Assembly: GCA_937138605.1 (NCBI GenBank)
Contig: CAKZPH010000021.1
Span: forward strand, 1-51,670
Length of the DNA stretch: 51,670 nt
Origin: an uncultured Ignavibacteriales bacterium
GTDB lineage: Bacteria; Bacteroidota; Ignavibacteria; Ch128b
Direction: 5' to 3'
Part shown: positions 28,116-37,525 of the stretch, in pieces
Layout: each line of letters opens with the position of its first letter
How positions within the stretch are numbered: the first letter of the stretch is position 1
The notes under the pieces: model-generated
Told to the model about the DNA's origin: nothing
Seen by the model: the letters and a program-made list of their open reading frames with translations, nothing else
The model's database searches: none
Translations under genes and position numbers: made by a program

Positions 28116-29539
28116 TGAAATATAATTTCAGGTTTCACGAGTTCAGAATAAAATTTTTGAAAATGAGCCAAGATTAATTGTCTTAACAATAGTGACTTAT
28201 ATTCAGCAGAACCACGGGCATCGGTTATTGGAGAAATTTCCCGTTGAGCAGTGTTTGCCGCTTCGAGAATTAATTCTGAATTAAGATGGACATTTTCAAG
28301 CAACTTTGAAGTTTTCTTTAAATAAAGTGGAATAGGCGCAACTCCACCAGCTGAAATTCTTACATTGCTCAAGTAGCCATTTTCTACATTTGCAAAAAAC
28401 GATGAGTTAACACTGGCAATATCAAGATAAATCCTCCTCGAAACTTTCTCAAAATTAAAGAGATACTTGCCTTCAGGAATTTGAATAATAATAGATTCAA
28501 TTAACTCATCCGGTGCTTTATCGAGGTTTTTGTATCCTTTATAAAAATCCTTTAAAGAAAGAGTTCTTTTTTCTCTACCACTTGATAAAATTATCTTAGC
28601 ACCAAGAGCAATTAACATATTAGTTAGATCACCTATCGGCGAAGCGTTAACTATGTTCCCTGCAACAGTTGCTTTATTTCTAATTTGTTTAGACCCAAAT
28701 AGTTTTAAAAAATCTTTAAGCTCAGGATAATATCCATCTATAATTTCAGAACTTTCTATCATGGAGACAGTACATCCACCACCTATATAAATCTCTTTTC
28801 CACTTAAAAAAATTTCCCTGTAACTTTCATCATTCGAAATTATAATAACATTTTTGTCAACTAGTTCTTCCAATTTTTGAACGTATAAATCTGTACCTCC
28901 TCCAACCAAATAATTTCTATCGATCTTTAAATCTTCCTGTTTTATTGAATTAAGTTGTTTTAGTTTTTCTTTAATCGTTAAAAAATAATCAGGAATTATT
29001 TCATACTTTACGAGTTCAATTCGGTATTCTTCATAGTTCCTTAATGAGTTAATTTTCAATTTGGAAATTTCGTTGAGTGCTCTCCAAATTGCTCTTTTTA
29101 TCCCTTCATATCCTGTACATCGACAAATATTACCAGAAATGTATTCTATAGCATCTTCAAACTTGTAATTTATATTTGTAATGATATAGCCCATTAATGA
29201 TACAATAAAACCTGAAGTACAGAAACCACATTGCGTCCCTCCTTCATAAACAAAAGCTTCTTGTACTGGATTTAGTTTATTTGTATTAAGACCCTCTATA
29301 GTAACAACATGTTTTCCATTGACACTCCCAATGGGCATTAGACAGGAGTTAACGTTAATATACTTTATTTCGGTATTGTGATATTCACCAACTAATACTG
29401 TACAGGCTCCACAATCTCCTTCTCGACAACCTTCTTTTGTACCTGTAAGTCCTTTATTCTTCCGAATGAAATCAAGTAAAACATACCCCGATGGAAGACC
29501 TGTTTCTACCAGCTCGTTGTTTAGTATGAATCTTGTCAT
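28103..29539 (-). CDS. xanthine dehydrogenase small subunit ([2Fe-2S] x2 + FAD-binding domain; XdhA-like)
   Basis: 478-aa ORF with GCREGDCGACTV and CGFCTSG...CRCTGY iron-sulfur motifs, then a FAD-binding domain (LVGGGTDL). It overlaps the large-subunit gene by 13 nt. Confidence 0.85.
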   Translation of the reverse strand: MTRFILNNELVETGLPSGYVLLDFIRKNKGLTGTKEGCREGDCGACTVLVGEYHNTEIKYINVNSCLMPIGSVNGKHVVTIEGLNTNKLNPVQEAFVYEGGTQCGFCTSGFIVSLMGYIITNINYKFEDAIEYISGNICRCTGYEGIKRAIWRALNEISKLKINSLRNYEEYRIELVKYEIIPDYFLTIKEKLKQLNSIKQEDLKIDRNYLVGGGTDLYVQKLEELVDKNVIIISNDESYREIFLSGKEIYIGGGCTVSMIESSEIIDGYYPELKDFLKLFGSKQIRNKATVAGNIVNASPIGDLTNMLIALGAKIILSSGREKRTLSLKDFYKGYKNLDKAPDELIESIIIQIPEGKYLFNFEKVSRRIYLDIASVNSSFFANVENGYLSNVRISAGGVAPIPLYLKKTSKLLENVHLNSELILEAANTAQREISPITDARGSAEYKSLLLRQLILAHFQKFYSELVKPEIIFQWEV

Positions 29540-29727
29540 AATTAATCCATTTACTTATAACAAAAAATAAAATTAAAATTCTATTATTTCAAAAGTTTTA
29601 TAAACTTAAAAAAAGTACTAGAGATTTTAGCATTAGATGGCAGTTGTTTTGAATCAACTCTTCTCTATAATTGCATTTAATTCAATCTGGTTTTGCATTA
29701 AATTGCATTTTAAATTATCTAAATAGA

Positions 29728-30636
29728 ATGTACCGATTTGCACCACTGGCAATTATAATAGCATCAGCCCTATGGGGATTAGATGGAATTGTTTTAAGAC
29801 CAGCCCTTTATACTTTACCAGTACCTCTAGTCGTTTTAATAGAAAGCTTAATTGTTACTTTATTGTTGACTCCTTTTTTCATAAATAGAGTACAAATGTT
29901 GAAAAAACTTGAGTTAAAAGACTGGATTTCGTTTTTGAGTGTGGCTGTTTTCGGTGGTGCAATTGGAACGATGGCAATTACCAAAGCTCTGTTCTTTGTA
30001 AACTTTGTTAATTTATCAGTTGTAATTTTAATTCAAAAACTTCAACCAATATTTGCCATCTCTCTTGCTGCAGTTTTATTGAGAGAGAAACTTAACAAAG
30101 AATTCTACTTCTGGGCTTCTGTTTCTATTTTCGGTGCTTACATTATGACTTTTGGTGACAAATTACCAAACTTATCAACTGGTGATAAAACCGCAATTGC
30201 TGCATTTTTTTCCTTAATTGCCGCAATTAGCTTTGGTGCTTCGACAGTTTTTAGTAAACGGGCATTGCGAAATGTCGGATTTCAATTAGGTACTTATTTA
30301 AGATTCTTAATTAGCTCCGCTGTGATGATTATAGTTGTGGCGTTTACTTCAAATTTTCAGAACCTCTCTGATGTCAATACAAATCAATGGATAATATTTT
30401 TTATTATCGCATTTACAACTGGGGGATCAGCAATTTTTTTGTATTATTACGGACTCAAATCAACTCCTGCCTCTGTCTCTGCTATTTGTGAGCTAGCATT
30501 CCCACTCACATCTGTTCTTCTTGAATATTTAGTTCACGGAAATTTGCTAAGTCCTATTCAATGGTTTGGTGTAATTCTCCTATTAACCGGGATTTTGAAA
30601 GTAACGACTCTGAGCGAAAGAATAGTAACAACCTAA
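29728..30636 (+). CDS. EamA/DMT-family transporter
   Basis: About 10 TM segments in two EamA-like halves. The track ORF starts at TTG 29671. I prefer ATG at 29728 (MYRFAPLAIII...), immediately before TM1. Confidence 0.75.
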   Translation: MYRFAPLAIIIASALWGLDGIVLRPALYTLPVPLVVLIESLIVTLLLTPFFINRVQMLKKLELKDWISFLSVAVFGGAIGTMAITKALFFVNFVNLSVVILIQKLQPIFAISLAAVLLREKLNKEFYFWASVSIFGAYIMTFGDKLPNLSTGDKTAIAAFFSLIAAISFGASTVFSKRALRNVGFQLGTYLRFLISSAVMIIVVAFTSNFQNLSDVNTNQWIIFFIIAFTTGGSAIFLYYYGLKSTPASVSAICELAFPLTSVLLEYLVHGNLLSPIQWFGVILLLTGILKVTTLSERIVTT

Positions 30637-31029
30637 TCTTAAACCTCCTCTAAATCCATAAAATTCCTAGATTCAATTTGTATTTAATGCTTCAACCTCG
30701 TCTTACCCAAAATTCAGTGAAAAATTTTTTAGAAGTCAAAATTGATTAAAATTCTTTCTATTTTGTTCTAAATATTAAATATTTGTCGGAGACAGAATTT
30801 ATAACAAGTTTGTACACATATTTCTAGAAGTGCCATATATTGTATTATCTTTCGATTAATAGAAATTAAATTTTTCCAGGTCGAAAAAACATGATTTATC
30901 TTGAAAAAGACGTTCATCTTAAAAAACTAAATATCCATCTAAGTCATTTATAAAATTAAATTCCTTATTAAAAAACTCAGTGATAAAAATTTTTATTGTT
31001 TTATTTGGTCTTATAATTTATATTTTCAA

Positions 31030-32502
31030 ATGAGACATGTTATGAGAAGTGCAATTTTAATATTTGAATTTATGTTATTAATAATCCTGCTAACAGGGTG
31101 TGCTACTAAATCCAGCGCAACAATACATTTGGAAGATGCTTTTCCTTACCTAAGTTTCTCTAACCCTGTTGACCTACAAACTCCAAAAGATGGAACTAAC
31201 AGACTTTTCATTGTTGAACAACAAGGCAGAATTATAGTTGTACAAAACAATAGAAACGCTTCTACAAAAAAAATTTTCCTTGATATTACTGACAGAGTAA
31301 GTTGGGGTGGAGAAATGGGTCTGCTTGGACTAGCTTTCCATCCTAATTATCCAAACAATGGATTCTTTTATGTGAATTATACAGCAACTAATCCACGTAG
31401 AACAGTTATAGCCCGATTTAAAGTATCTGATAGTAATCCAGATTCAGCAGATAAAAATTCAGAATTAATTTTAATGACTTTTCTTCAACCATATTCAAAT
31501 CATAATGGTGGACAACTGGCTTTCGGTCCAGATGGTTATCTTTACATCGCTTCTGGAGATGGTGGTTCTGCCGGAGACCCGCAGAATAACTCACAAAACA
31601 TAAAAAATCTACTTGGAAAAATTTTAAGAATTGATGTAAATAATCCTCAACCTCCATTAAACTATGGTATTCCACCGGATAATCCTTTTGTTGACAGTAC
31701 CAACTTGGAAATACGAAAAGAAATATACGCTTATGGATTAAGAAATCCCTGGCGATTTAGTTTTGACTTCCAAACAGGATTGTTATGGTGTGCTGATGTA
31801 GGCCAGGACGCCTGGGAAGAAATTGATATTATTGTAAAAGGTGGAAACTACGGATGGAGATGTTATGAAGGTAACGCACCATATAATTTAAGTGGTTGTA
31901 GTGGTAGTTATATTTTTCCAATCTGGGCTTATCCGCATTCGGAAGGTCAATCAATTACTGGCGGATATGTTTATCGTGGAATGAATATTCCTGAACTGTA
32001 CGGAAAATATATTTACGGTGACTTTGTTTCAAAAAAAATATGGGCACTTGATTATAGCGGAAGTGGAGTCCCAACTAACACTTTTCTCTTAACTTCACCT
32101 CAAGCTATTAGTTCTTTTGGAGTGGACGAACAAAACGAATTATACGTAGTAGGATACTATGGAAAAATTTATCGTTTTCAAAAATCCACAAAAGTACACG
32201 TTGATAAAAATTTAAGTGACAATTCATTTGACCTTGTTCTGAAACAAAATTATCCAAATCCATTTAATGCCATCACTAAACTACAATTTCATTTACCCAC
32301 TGAATTTCAAACTAATCTCTCCCTTCAGATTAAAATTTATGATGAGATTGGTAGAGAGGTTTACTCATCAATGATAAATAATGTAAATGAAGGAATGAAT
32401 GAAGTCACTCTTAATTTAAATGAATTAAGAAGTGGAGTTTATTTTATAAATGTGATGTCTAATAAAACTAAAAAAACTATTAAGGCAACGTTGATTAAGT
32501 GA
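31030..32502 (+). CDS. PQQ-dependent sugar (glucose/sorbosone) dehydrogenase-like beta-propeller with T9SS C-terminal domain
   Basis: 490-aa ORF with GLLGLAFHP, SNHNGGQLAFGPDGYLYI, YGLRNPWRFSFD and GGNYGWR motifs of soluble GSDH. The C-terminal NYPNPFNAITKLQF...GVYFINV matches a T9SS CTD. The N-terminus carries a lipobox (LLTGC). Confidence 0.85.
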   Translation: MRHVMRSAILIFEFMLLIILLTGCATKSSATIHLEDAFPYLSFSNPVDLQTPKDGTNRLFIVEQQGRIIVVQNNRNASTKKIFLDITDRVSWGGEMGLLGLAFHPNYPNNGFFYVNYTATNPRRTVIARFKVSDSNPDSADKNSELILMTFLQPYSNHNGGQLAFGPDGYLYIASGDGGSAGDPQNNSQNIKNLLGKILRIDVNNPQPPLNYGIPPDNPFVDSTNLEIRKEIYAYGLRNPWRFSFDFQTGLLWCADVGQDAWEEIDIIVKGGNYGWRCYEGNAPYNLSGCSGSYIFPIWAYPHSEGQSITGGYVYRGMNIPELYGKYIYGDFVSKKIWALDYSGSGVPTNTFLLTSPQAISSFGVDEQNELYVVGYYGKIYRFQKSTKVHVDKNLSDNSFDLVLKQNYPNPFNAITKLQFHLPTEFQTNLSLQIKIYDEIGREVYSSMINNVNEGMNEVTLNLNELRSGVYFINVMSNKTKKTIKATLIK

Positions 32503-32594
32503 ATGAATATATCTTTATAAAATTCACGTTAAGAATTGATAATTCAGAAATGATTTAGTTGAAATTTAATAATCACAATTAAACAATCGATTGA

Positions 32595-33146
32595 TCATTT
32601 CAATTTTGATATAAAGAATTTTCTAATCTTCTCAACTTTGGGCAGTACAGTAAAAATACAATACGCACTTTCTGGATTCTTTTCAAAATAATTTTGATGA
32701 TATGTTTCAGCACGATAAAAATTTATAAGTGGTAATACTTCAGTTACTATGGTATTTTTATAGTTGTTTTCTTTTTCAAGTTTATGAATATAATCCAAAG
32801 CTTGCTTTTTTTGTAATTCATTATGATAAAAGATAACCGACCTGTATTGGGTTCCCACATCAGCACCTTGTCGATTGAGTGACGTTGGGTCGTGAGACAA
32901 AAAAAATATTTCAAGCAAGTCGTTGTAAGTAATAAATTTTGGATCGAATTTTATTTGACATACTTCAGCATGTCCTGTTGCTCCCGTACATACCTGTTCA
33001 TAAGTCGGTTCAACAACACTTCCACCAGAATAACCAACAACTGTTTCAACCACTCCTTTAATTTGTCTAAAAACTGCTTCTATACACCAAAAACATCCTC
33101 CACCAAAAGTTGCAAATTCATAAATAGAATTTTGATTTTCGTTCAT
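32595..33146 (-). CDS. msrA: peptide-methionine (S)-S-oxide reductase
   Basis: 183-aa ORF with active-site FGGGCFWC and the GHAEV and HQNYF motifs. Confidence 0.95.
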   Translation of the reverse strand: MNENQNSIYEFATFGGGCFWCIEAVFRQIKGVVETVVGYSGGSVVEPTYEQVCTGATGHAEVCQIKFDPKFITYNDLLEIFFLSHDPTSLNRQGADVGTQYRSVIFYHNELQKKQALDYIHKLEKENNYKNTIVTEVLPLINFYRAETYHQNYFEKNPESAYCIFTVLPKVEKIRKFFISKLK

Positions 33147-33205
33147 ATGGAAACTTCAGCTAGTTATACCAGAGAAAAAAAATAAAATTATTAATTTCAT
33201 CACCG

Positions 33206-34396
33206 TTATCTATTTAATTTTAATATCTCATTGTAAACTTCAGAAATTGGAATATTCCTTTCAGTAGCAATTTTTTTACATTCTTCAAATTCGGGAATGA
33301 AACGTTTTCCCATTTCAATATTAACAACCTTTACTTTTACTTTACCAAATTTAGTTTCAACCTCAGCAAAATCACGAAGAAGCTTACGTCTTTCAACTCT
33401 AAGAATTCTAATTCCCAATGTGGTAGTTTCCCGATATATGATTTCCAAAATATCATCAATAAGATTGGAGTCTACCAAAGTGGAGAGTAAAATTCCAGGT
33501 CTACCTTTTTTCATTATTATGGGAACTAAATAAGCATCATGAGCACCAGCATCTAATAATTTTTCGACGACGTATGGATAAAATTCAGGATTCATGTCGT
33601 CAATATTTGTTTCGATTATTAATGTCTCATCATAAAAATAACTTTCTGCAATTTCACCTATCATCAATCTAAATATATTTGGGAAATCTCTTATTTCTTG
33701 TGCACCTGCTCCATAACCTATCTTATTAACTATAAATTTCTTATTTAATAACTCGCCTGAAGATTCTGCTTTAATAATTCCCGCTCCAGTTGGAGTTGTT
33801 AATTCAAAGGGAATATCAAGAAAAACTACAGGATAATCTCTTAAGATTTCCATAGTAGCTGGAGCTGGAATAGGCATTCGTCCGTGTTGTGTTTCAACAA
33901 ATCCACGACCAAGAGGTATCGTTGTAGTGTAGACTTTTCTTATGTTAAAATATTCAAACCCAAGAGCACATCCAACTATATCCACAATAGAATCGATTGC
34001 TCCTATTTCATGGAAATGCACATCATCCAGCATAACATTGTGAATTTTTGCTTCAGCTTCTCCAATAATTTTAAATATCTTTTTTGCTCTATCCTTAACT
34101 CCTTGAGAAAGTTCACTTGCATCAATTAATGAAATAATTTTTTTATAACTTCTCCCGTGAGAATGATGCTCGGAGTCATTATCTGAATTATTATGAACAT
34201 GTTCAATATGAACATTAAATTTAACTGCTGTTATAGATTTTTTTTGAATCAAAGTTTGAGAAATTGAGTAGTGACGAATATCTAATTTTTTCAATTCTTT
34301 CTGGAGATATTCTAGTGGCATTCCTGCTGAAATTAGTGCTCCTATCATCATATCACCACTCAGCCCAGAATAAGTATCAAAAATAGCAATGTTCAT
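33206..34396 (-). CDS. larC: nickel-pincer cofactor biosynthesis protein LarC (DUF111)
   Basis: 396-aa ORF. N-terminal FDTYSGLSGDMMIGALI, a His-rich stretch EHVHNNSDNDSEHHSHG, HFHEIGAIDSIVDIVG, and a C-terminal domain ending KKGRPG... Confidence 0.9.
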   Translation of the reverse strand: MNIAIFDTYSGLSGDMMIGALISAGMPLEYLQKELKKLDIRHYSISQTLIQKKSITAVKFNVHIEHVHNNSDNDSEHHSHGRSYKKIISLIDASELSQGVKDRAKKIFKIIGEAEAKIHNVMLDDVHFHEIGAIDSIVDIVGCALGFEYFNIRKVYTTTIPLGRGFVETQHGRMPIPAPATMEILRDYPVVFLDIPFELTTPTGAGIIKAESSGELLNKKFIVNKIGYGAGAQEIRDFPNIFRLMIGEIAESYFYDETLIIETNIDDMNPEFYPYVVEKLLDAGAHDAYLVPIIMKKGRPGILLSTLVDSNLIDDILEIIYRETTTLGIRILRVERRKLLRDFAEVETKFGKVKVKVVNIEMGKRFIPEFEECKKIATERNIPISEVYNEILKLNR

Positions 34397-34495
34397 TTAA
34401 ATGCCTATTTTTTTGCAAATATATAGAAAGATTAAATTTTAACAGGTGAAGAAATTTCTGTTTAAAATACAAACCCCAAAAAAGTAACGATCTAC

Positions 34496-35344
34496 TTATC
34501 TTTCAAACCAAATTTTAGATTCAACATAGTCCTGGAAAAGTCGCATTATGAATTTTGTATGATTTCCCACCTGCCCTTTATTAAATTCCTGGTTATCAAT
34601 TGAAATAACAGGTAAAACCTCTTTATCTGTTGATGTGATAAATGATTCATCAAAATCAGAAATCTCATGAAAATAGATATCTCGCTCTTCTACATCAAAA
34701 TGTTCTTTTGCTAAGGTCAAAACTATCTTGCGCGTTATACCAAAAAGTATTTCAAATTTAGGAGTTAGAAGTTTCTTCCCTTTAATGAAAAATATATTAC
34801 TTGACGTACATTCAGTAATAAGATTATTATTAACATATAAAACTTCAAAAAATCCTTTAGGTTGAAAATCTTTCAAATACTTTATTGCCATCGTGTAATT
34901 AACCGTTTTAATTTCAGGTGCTTCACGGTAGTCTTTTATTGACTTGATTTTTACTCCAGTCGCGTAATAGATCTTTGGTATTTCATTTCTGGGTTCACAA
35001 CCAATAATTAAGTTAGGTTTACCAGGCAATTTTCCATCTGGACTAGAACCTCCAGTTACAATTATTCTCAGGCTTGATTCAGGGAAAAGATTAATTTTAA
35101 TAAGCTCATAAATAATCTCTTTGATTTCAGTCGGTTTTAGTGGAATATCTACACCAATTAAGTGAGCTGAATTGTAGAAGCGATTAATATGATCAGTCAA
35201 ATGAAAAGGCTCGCTAAAATAAGTTTTTAAATAGTCAAATACTGCATAAGAACGTAAAAAACCAATATCGTCCACTCCAATTAATACTTGGGATTTTTGA
35301 ACAATTTTATTGTTAAAAAAATAATATGGTTGATTTGTGCTCAT
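34496..35344 (-). CDS. class IV (fold type IV) PLP-dependent aminotransferase (branched-chain/D-amino-acid aminotransferase or ADC lyase-like)
   Basis: 282-aa ORF whose length and motifs (GVFDY-like AVFDYLK, RIIVTGG, NIFFIKGKKLLTP, GITR) fit the family. Substrate cannot be assigned from sequence alone. Confidence 0.75.
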   Translation of the reverse strand: MSTNQPYYFFNNKIVQKSQVLIGVDDIGFLRSYAVFDYLKTYFSEPFHLTDHINRFYNSAHLIGVDIPLKPTEIKEIIYELIKINLFPESSLRIIVTGGSSPDGKLPGKPNLIIGCEPRNEIPKIYYATGVKIKSIKDYREAPEIKTVNYTMAIKYLKDFQPKGFFEVLYVNNNLITECTSSNIFFIKGKKLLTPKFEILFGITRKIVLTLAKEHFDVEERDIYFHEISDFDESFITSTDKEVLPVISIDNQEFNKGQVGNHTKFIMRLFQDYVESKIWFER

Positions 35345-35716
35345 AGTAATTGAATTTCATACTTTGATTTTAACTTCAAGTTAAGAAATTTAATCTCAAT
35401 AAAGTATAACTGTTCTTACACTATTTGGATGCTTCAAAAATTAGAATAATTTCCGGAAAATTTTTCTAATCAAATTGAAACAGAATTAAATTAATTATTA
35501 CAAATGATCAAGAGAAATTTTTTCGTTAATTAATGAAAATGAATTCTACATTTAATTTTTCTTATCATTAAAAACAAACTCAAAATAGTATATAAAATAT
35601 TTCAAACTGTTAGAAGAAAAATTTTTAATGCTAGTAAAAAGAAATTAGAAATAAATCAAAACTTTTATTGGGGAATGCAGGACTGAATATATTTGAGAAT
35701 CAACTAAATCAGGTTA

Positions 35717-36178
35717 TTAAGAAACTAATTTATTTGAGGAAATATTAACCTCTTTATTAAACTTTTTAATAGTTGGTTTTGAAATGATCATATACAGGAA
35801 TAAAACAATAGCGAGCACTAATGCAATAGACTCTTTAGATAGAATGAAAAATATTAACATTAAAATGAAAGCAAGTTCTAAAATTCCAAACTTGACTAGA
35901 TTGGCTATCTGATAATTATGAAGTTTTAAGGGTAATTGATCGGTTATTATAATTCTATGAAGACCATCTCGATAAAACTTGGTAGAAAGTAAAATCGATA
36001 AAATCGATATTGCAATTAAAATAATTTTTCGAGCTGGTGTTAGAGTAATATTAGTTTGAATGTCAGCTGCGTATAACATCACTGCTACTACAATCAGAAT
36101 TGCAGAGCTAATTATGTAACTGAAAAAAATAAAATTAAGGTTTCTGAAAAAAAACCTAAAGTCTATGTTTAAATTCAT
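35717..36178 (-). CDS. hypothetical small membrane protein (4 predicted TM)
   Basis: 153-aa hydrophobic ORF with no recognisable motif, flanked by long AT-rich non-coding stretches. Confidence 0.4.
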   Translation of the reverse strand: MNLNIDFRFFFRNLNFIFFSYIISSAILIVVAVMLYAADIQTNITLTPARKIILIAISILSILLSTKFYRDGLHRIIITDQLPLKLHNYQIANLVKFGILELAFILMLIFFILSKESIALVLAIVLFLYMIISKPTIKKFNKEVNISSNKLVS

Positions 36179-36366
36179 TTTTGTTATTTGAACTTATGTA
36201 TGAGAAAATTACTCGACCAACTAATAGTCTAAAAATTTCAGGAATTTTTCAATCCGAATTATGTAGTATTTTGCTGACATGTACCTGTTTCAAATTTTAG
36301 CCGTAGTATTAAAATCAAAAATGAAAGATTTGAGAATTCGTATTTTTGAAAAACAAAAGATTTTAA

Positions 36367-36876
36367 ATGGAAGTCATTTTAAGTGCTTTAATGATAATGT
36401 GCATGCGAATAGTCGATGTAACCATTGGAACTATAAGAACAATTATGGTTATTCAAAGAAGAAAATGGTTAGCAGGATTTTTAGGATTTCTTGAAGTAAC
36501 CGTTTGGATTGTAGCAATTAGACATATTATGATTCATATTGATAACTTATGGAACATACTAGGCTATTCCACTGGATTTGGTCTAGGTAATGTAATTGGA
36601 ATAACCCTAGAACAAAAATTTGGCTTTGGATTTATTCAAGTGTATGTAATTTCAATGCATTATGCAGATAATATTGCAAACGAATTAAGGAAAAATAAGT
36701 TTGGTGTAACGATTTTACCAGCAGAAGGTGGAAGTGGCGGACATACAATACTGGTAATTCTTACGACTCGAAAGCGGCAAGGCGAATTACTTGAAATAGT
36801 AGATAAAATTGATCCAAAAGCTTTTATATCAATTCAATCAGCTACACCTTATCGAGGTTATATCTATCCTAAATAA
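36367..36876 (+). CDS. UPF0316 family membrane protein (DUF5698 + DUF2179)
   Basis: 169-aa ORF. N-terminal MRIVDVTIGTIRTIMVIQ, 3 TM segments, and a C-terminal soluble domain GVTILPAEGGSG...ISIQ typical of DUF2179. Confidence 0.7.
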   Translation: MEVILSALMIMCMRIVDVTIGTIRTIMVIQRRKWLAGFLGFLEVTVWIVAIRHIMIHIDNLWNILGYSTGFGLGNVIGITLEQKFGFGFIQVYVISMHYADNIANELRKNKFGVTILPAEGGSGGHTILVILTTRKRQGELLEIVDKIDPKAFISIQSATPYRGYIYPK

Positions 36877-36908
36877 ACGAACTTTTCGTCAGTTATTCAC
36901 AAGAATCA

Positions 36909-37499
36909 TTATCTAATTTCTTTAATAATCTCAAGAATACCCACTCTTATCATCATCACTGCTATTGCAGCTAAAAACAAAGAAGCTACTTTTGCAAATG
37001 CCTTAGCTCCAGATTCACCAATTAAATTAATAACTTTTTCAGCATAATAAAGTACAAAGAAAACAATGATTAAATTAATTGTTACAGAAACAATCGTTGG
37101 TAGAATTCCATTATTATTAACAAGAACAAGAATTGTTGTAAGAGCAGCTGGTCCCATAATCAAAGGAATTCCTAATGGAACAATGCCTATTGTTCCTTTT
37201 GGTTTTCTGCCTTCTTCGCTTGCAAACACTAAATCATTAATTGACAAAATTAAAAGAACCAGCCCTCCACCTATTCTAAAATCATTCAAAGTGATTCCCA
37301 TAAAATCAAGGATAACTTTACCAGTAGCAAGAAAAATCATAGCTAACATAAATGCAGTAATTACAGCTTGAACTACAAGTCGCCGCTTTTCGTTTTGCTC
37401 AAATTCTTCTGTAAGTCCTATATAAATTGGAGCTGTACCAATTATATCAATAGCTACGAAGAGTGGTATAAAACTTAATAAAAACTCATTAAATGTCAT
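36909..37499 (-). CDS. MarC family (UPF0056) integral membrane protein
   Basis: 196-aa ORF with 6 TM segments. The N-terminal FLLSFIPLFVAIDIIGTAPIYIGLT motif is characteristic of the MarC/UPF0056 family. Confidence 0.8.
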   Translation of the reverse strand: MTFNEFLLSFIPLFVAIDIIGTAPIYIGLTEEFEQNEKRRLVVQAVITAFMLAMIFLATGKVILDFMGITLNDFRIGGGLVLLILSINDLVFASEEGRKPKGTIGIVPLGIPLIMGPAALTTILVLVNNNGILPTIVSVTINLIIVFFVLYYAEKVINLIGESGAKAFAKVASLFLAAIAVMMIRVGILEIIKEIR

Positions 37500-37525
37500 T
37501 TATATCTTTGTTTTTATTATTGAGT

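Noticed and set aside
35665-35677. 13-mer ttattggggaatg shared with 48787-48799
   Set aside because: A single shared 13-mer is expected by chance in about 52 kb of AT-rich DNA on two strands. The flanks do not align, and only the second copy is part of a hairpin.
36279-36494. 71-aa ORF overlapping the start of the UPF0316 gene
   Set aside because: It is out of frame with, and largely overlapped by, the motif-bearing UPF0316 ORF. It has no independent support.
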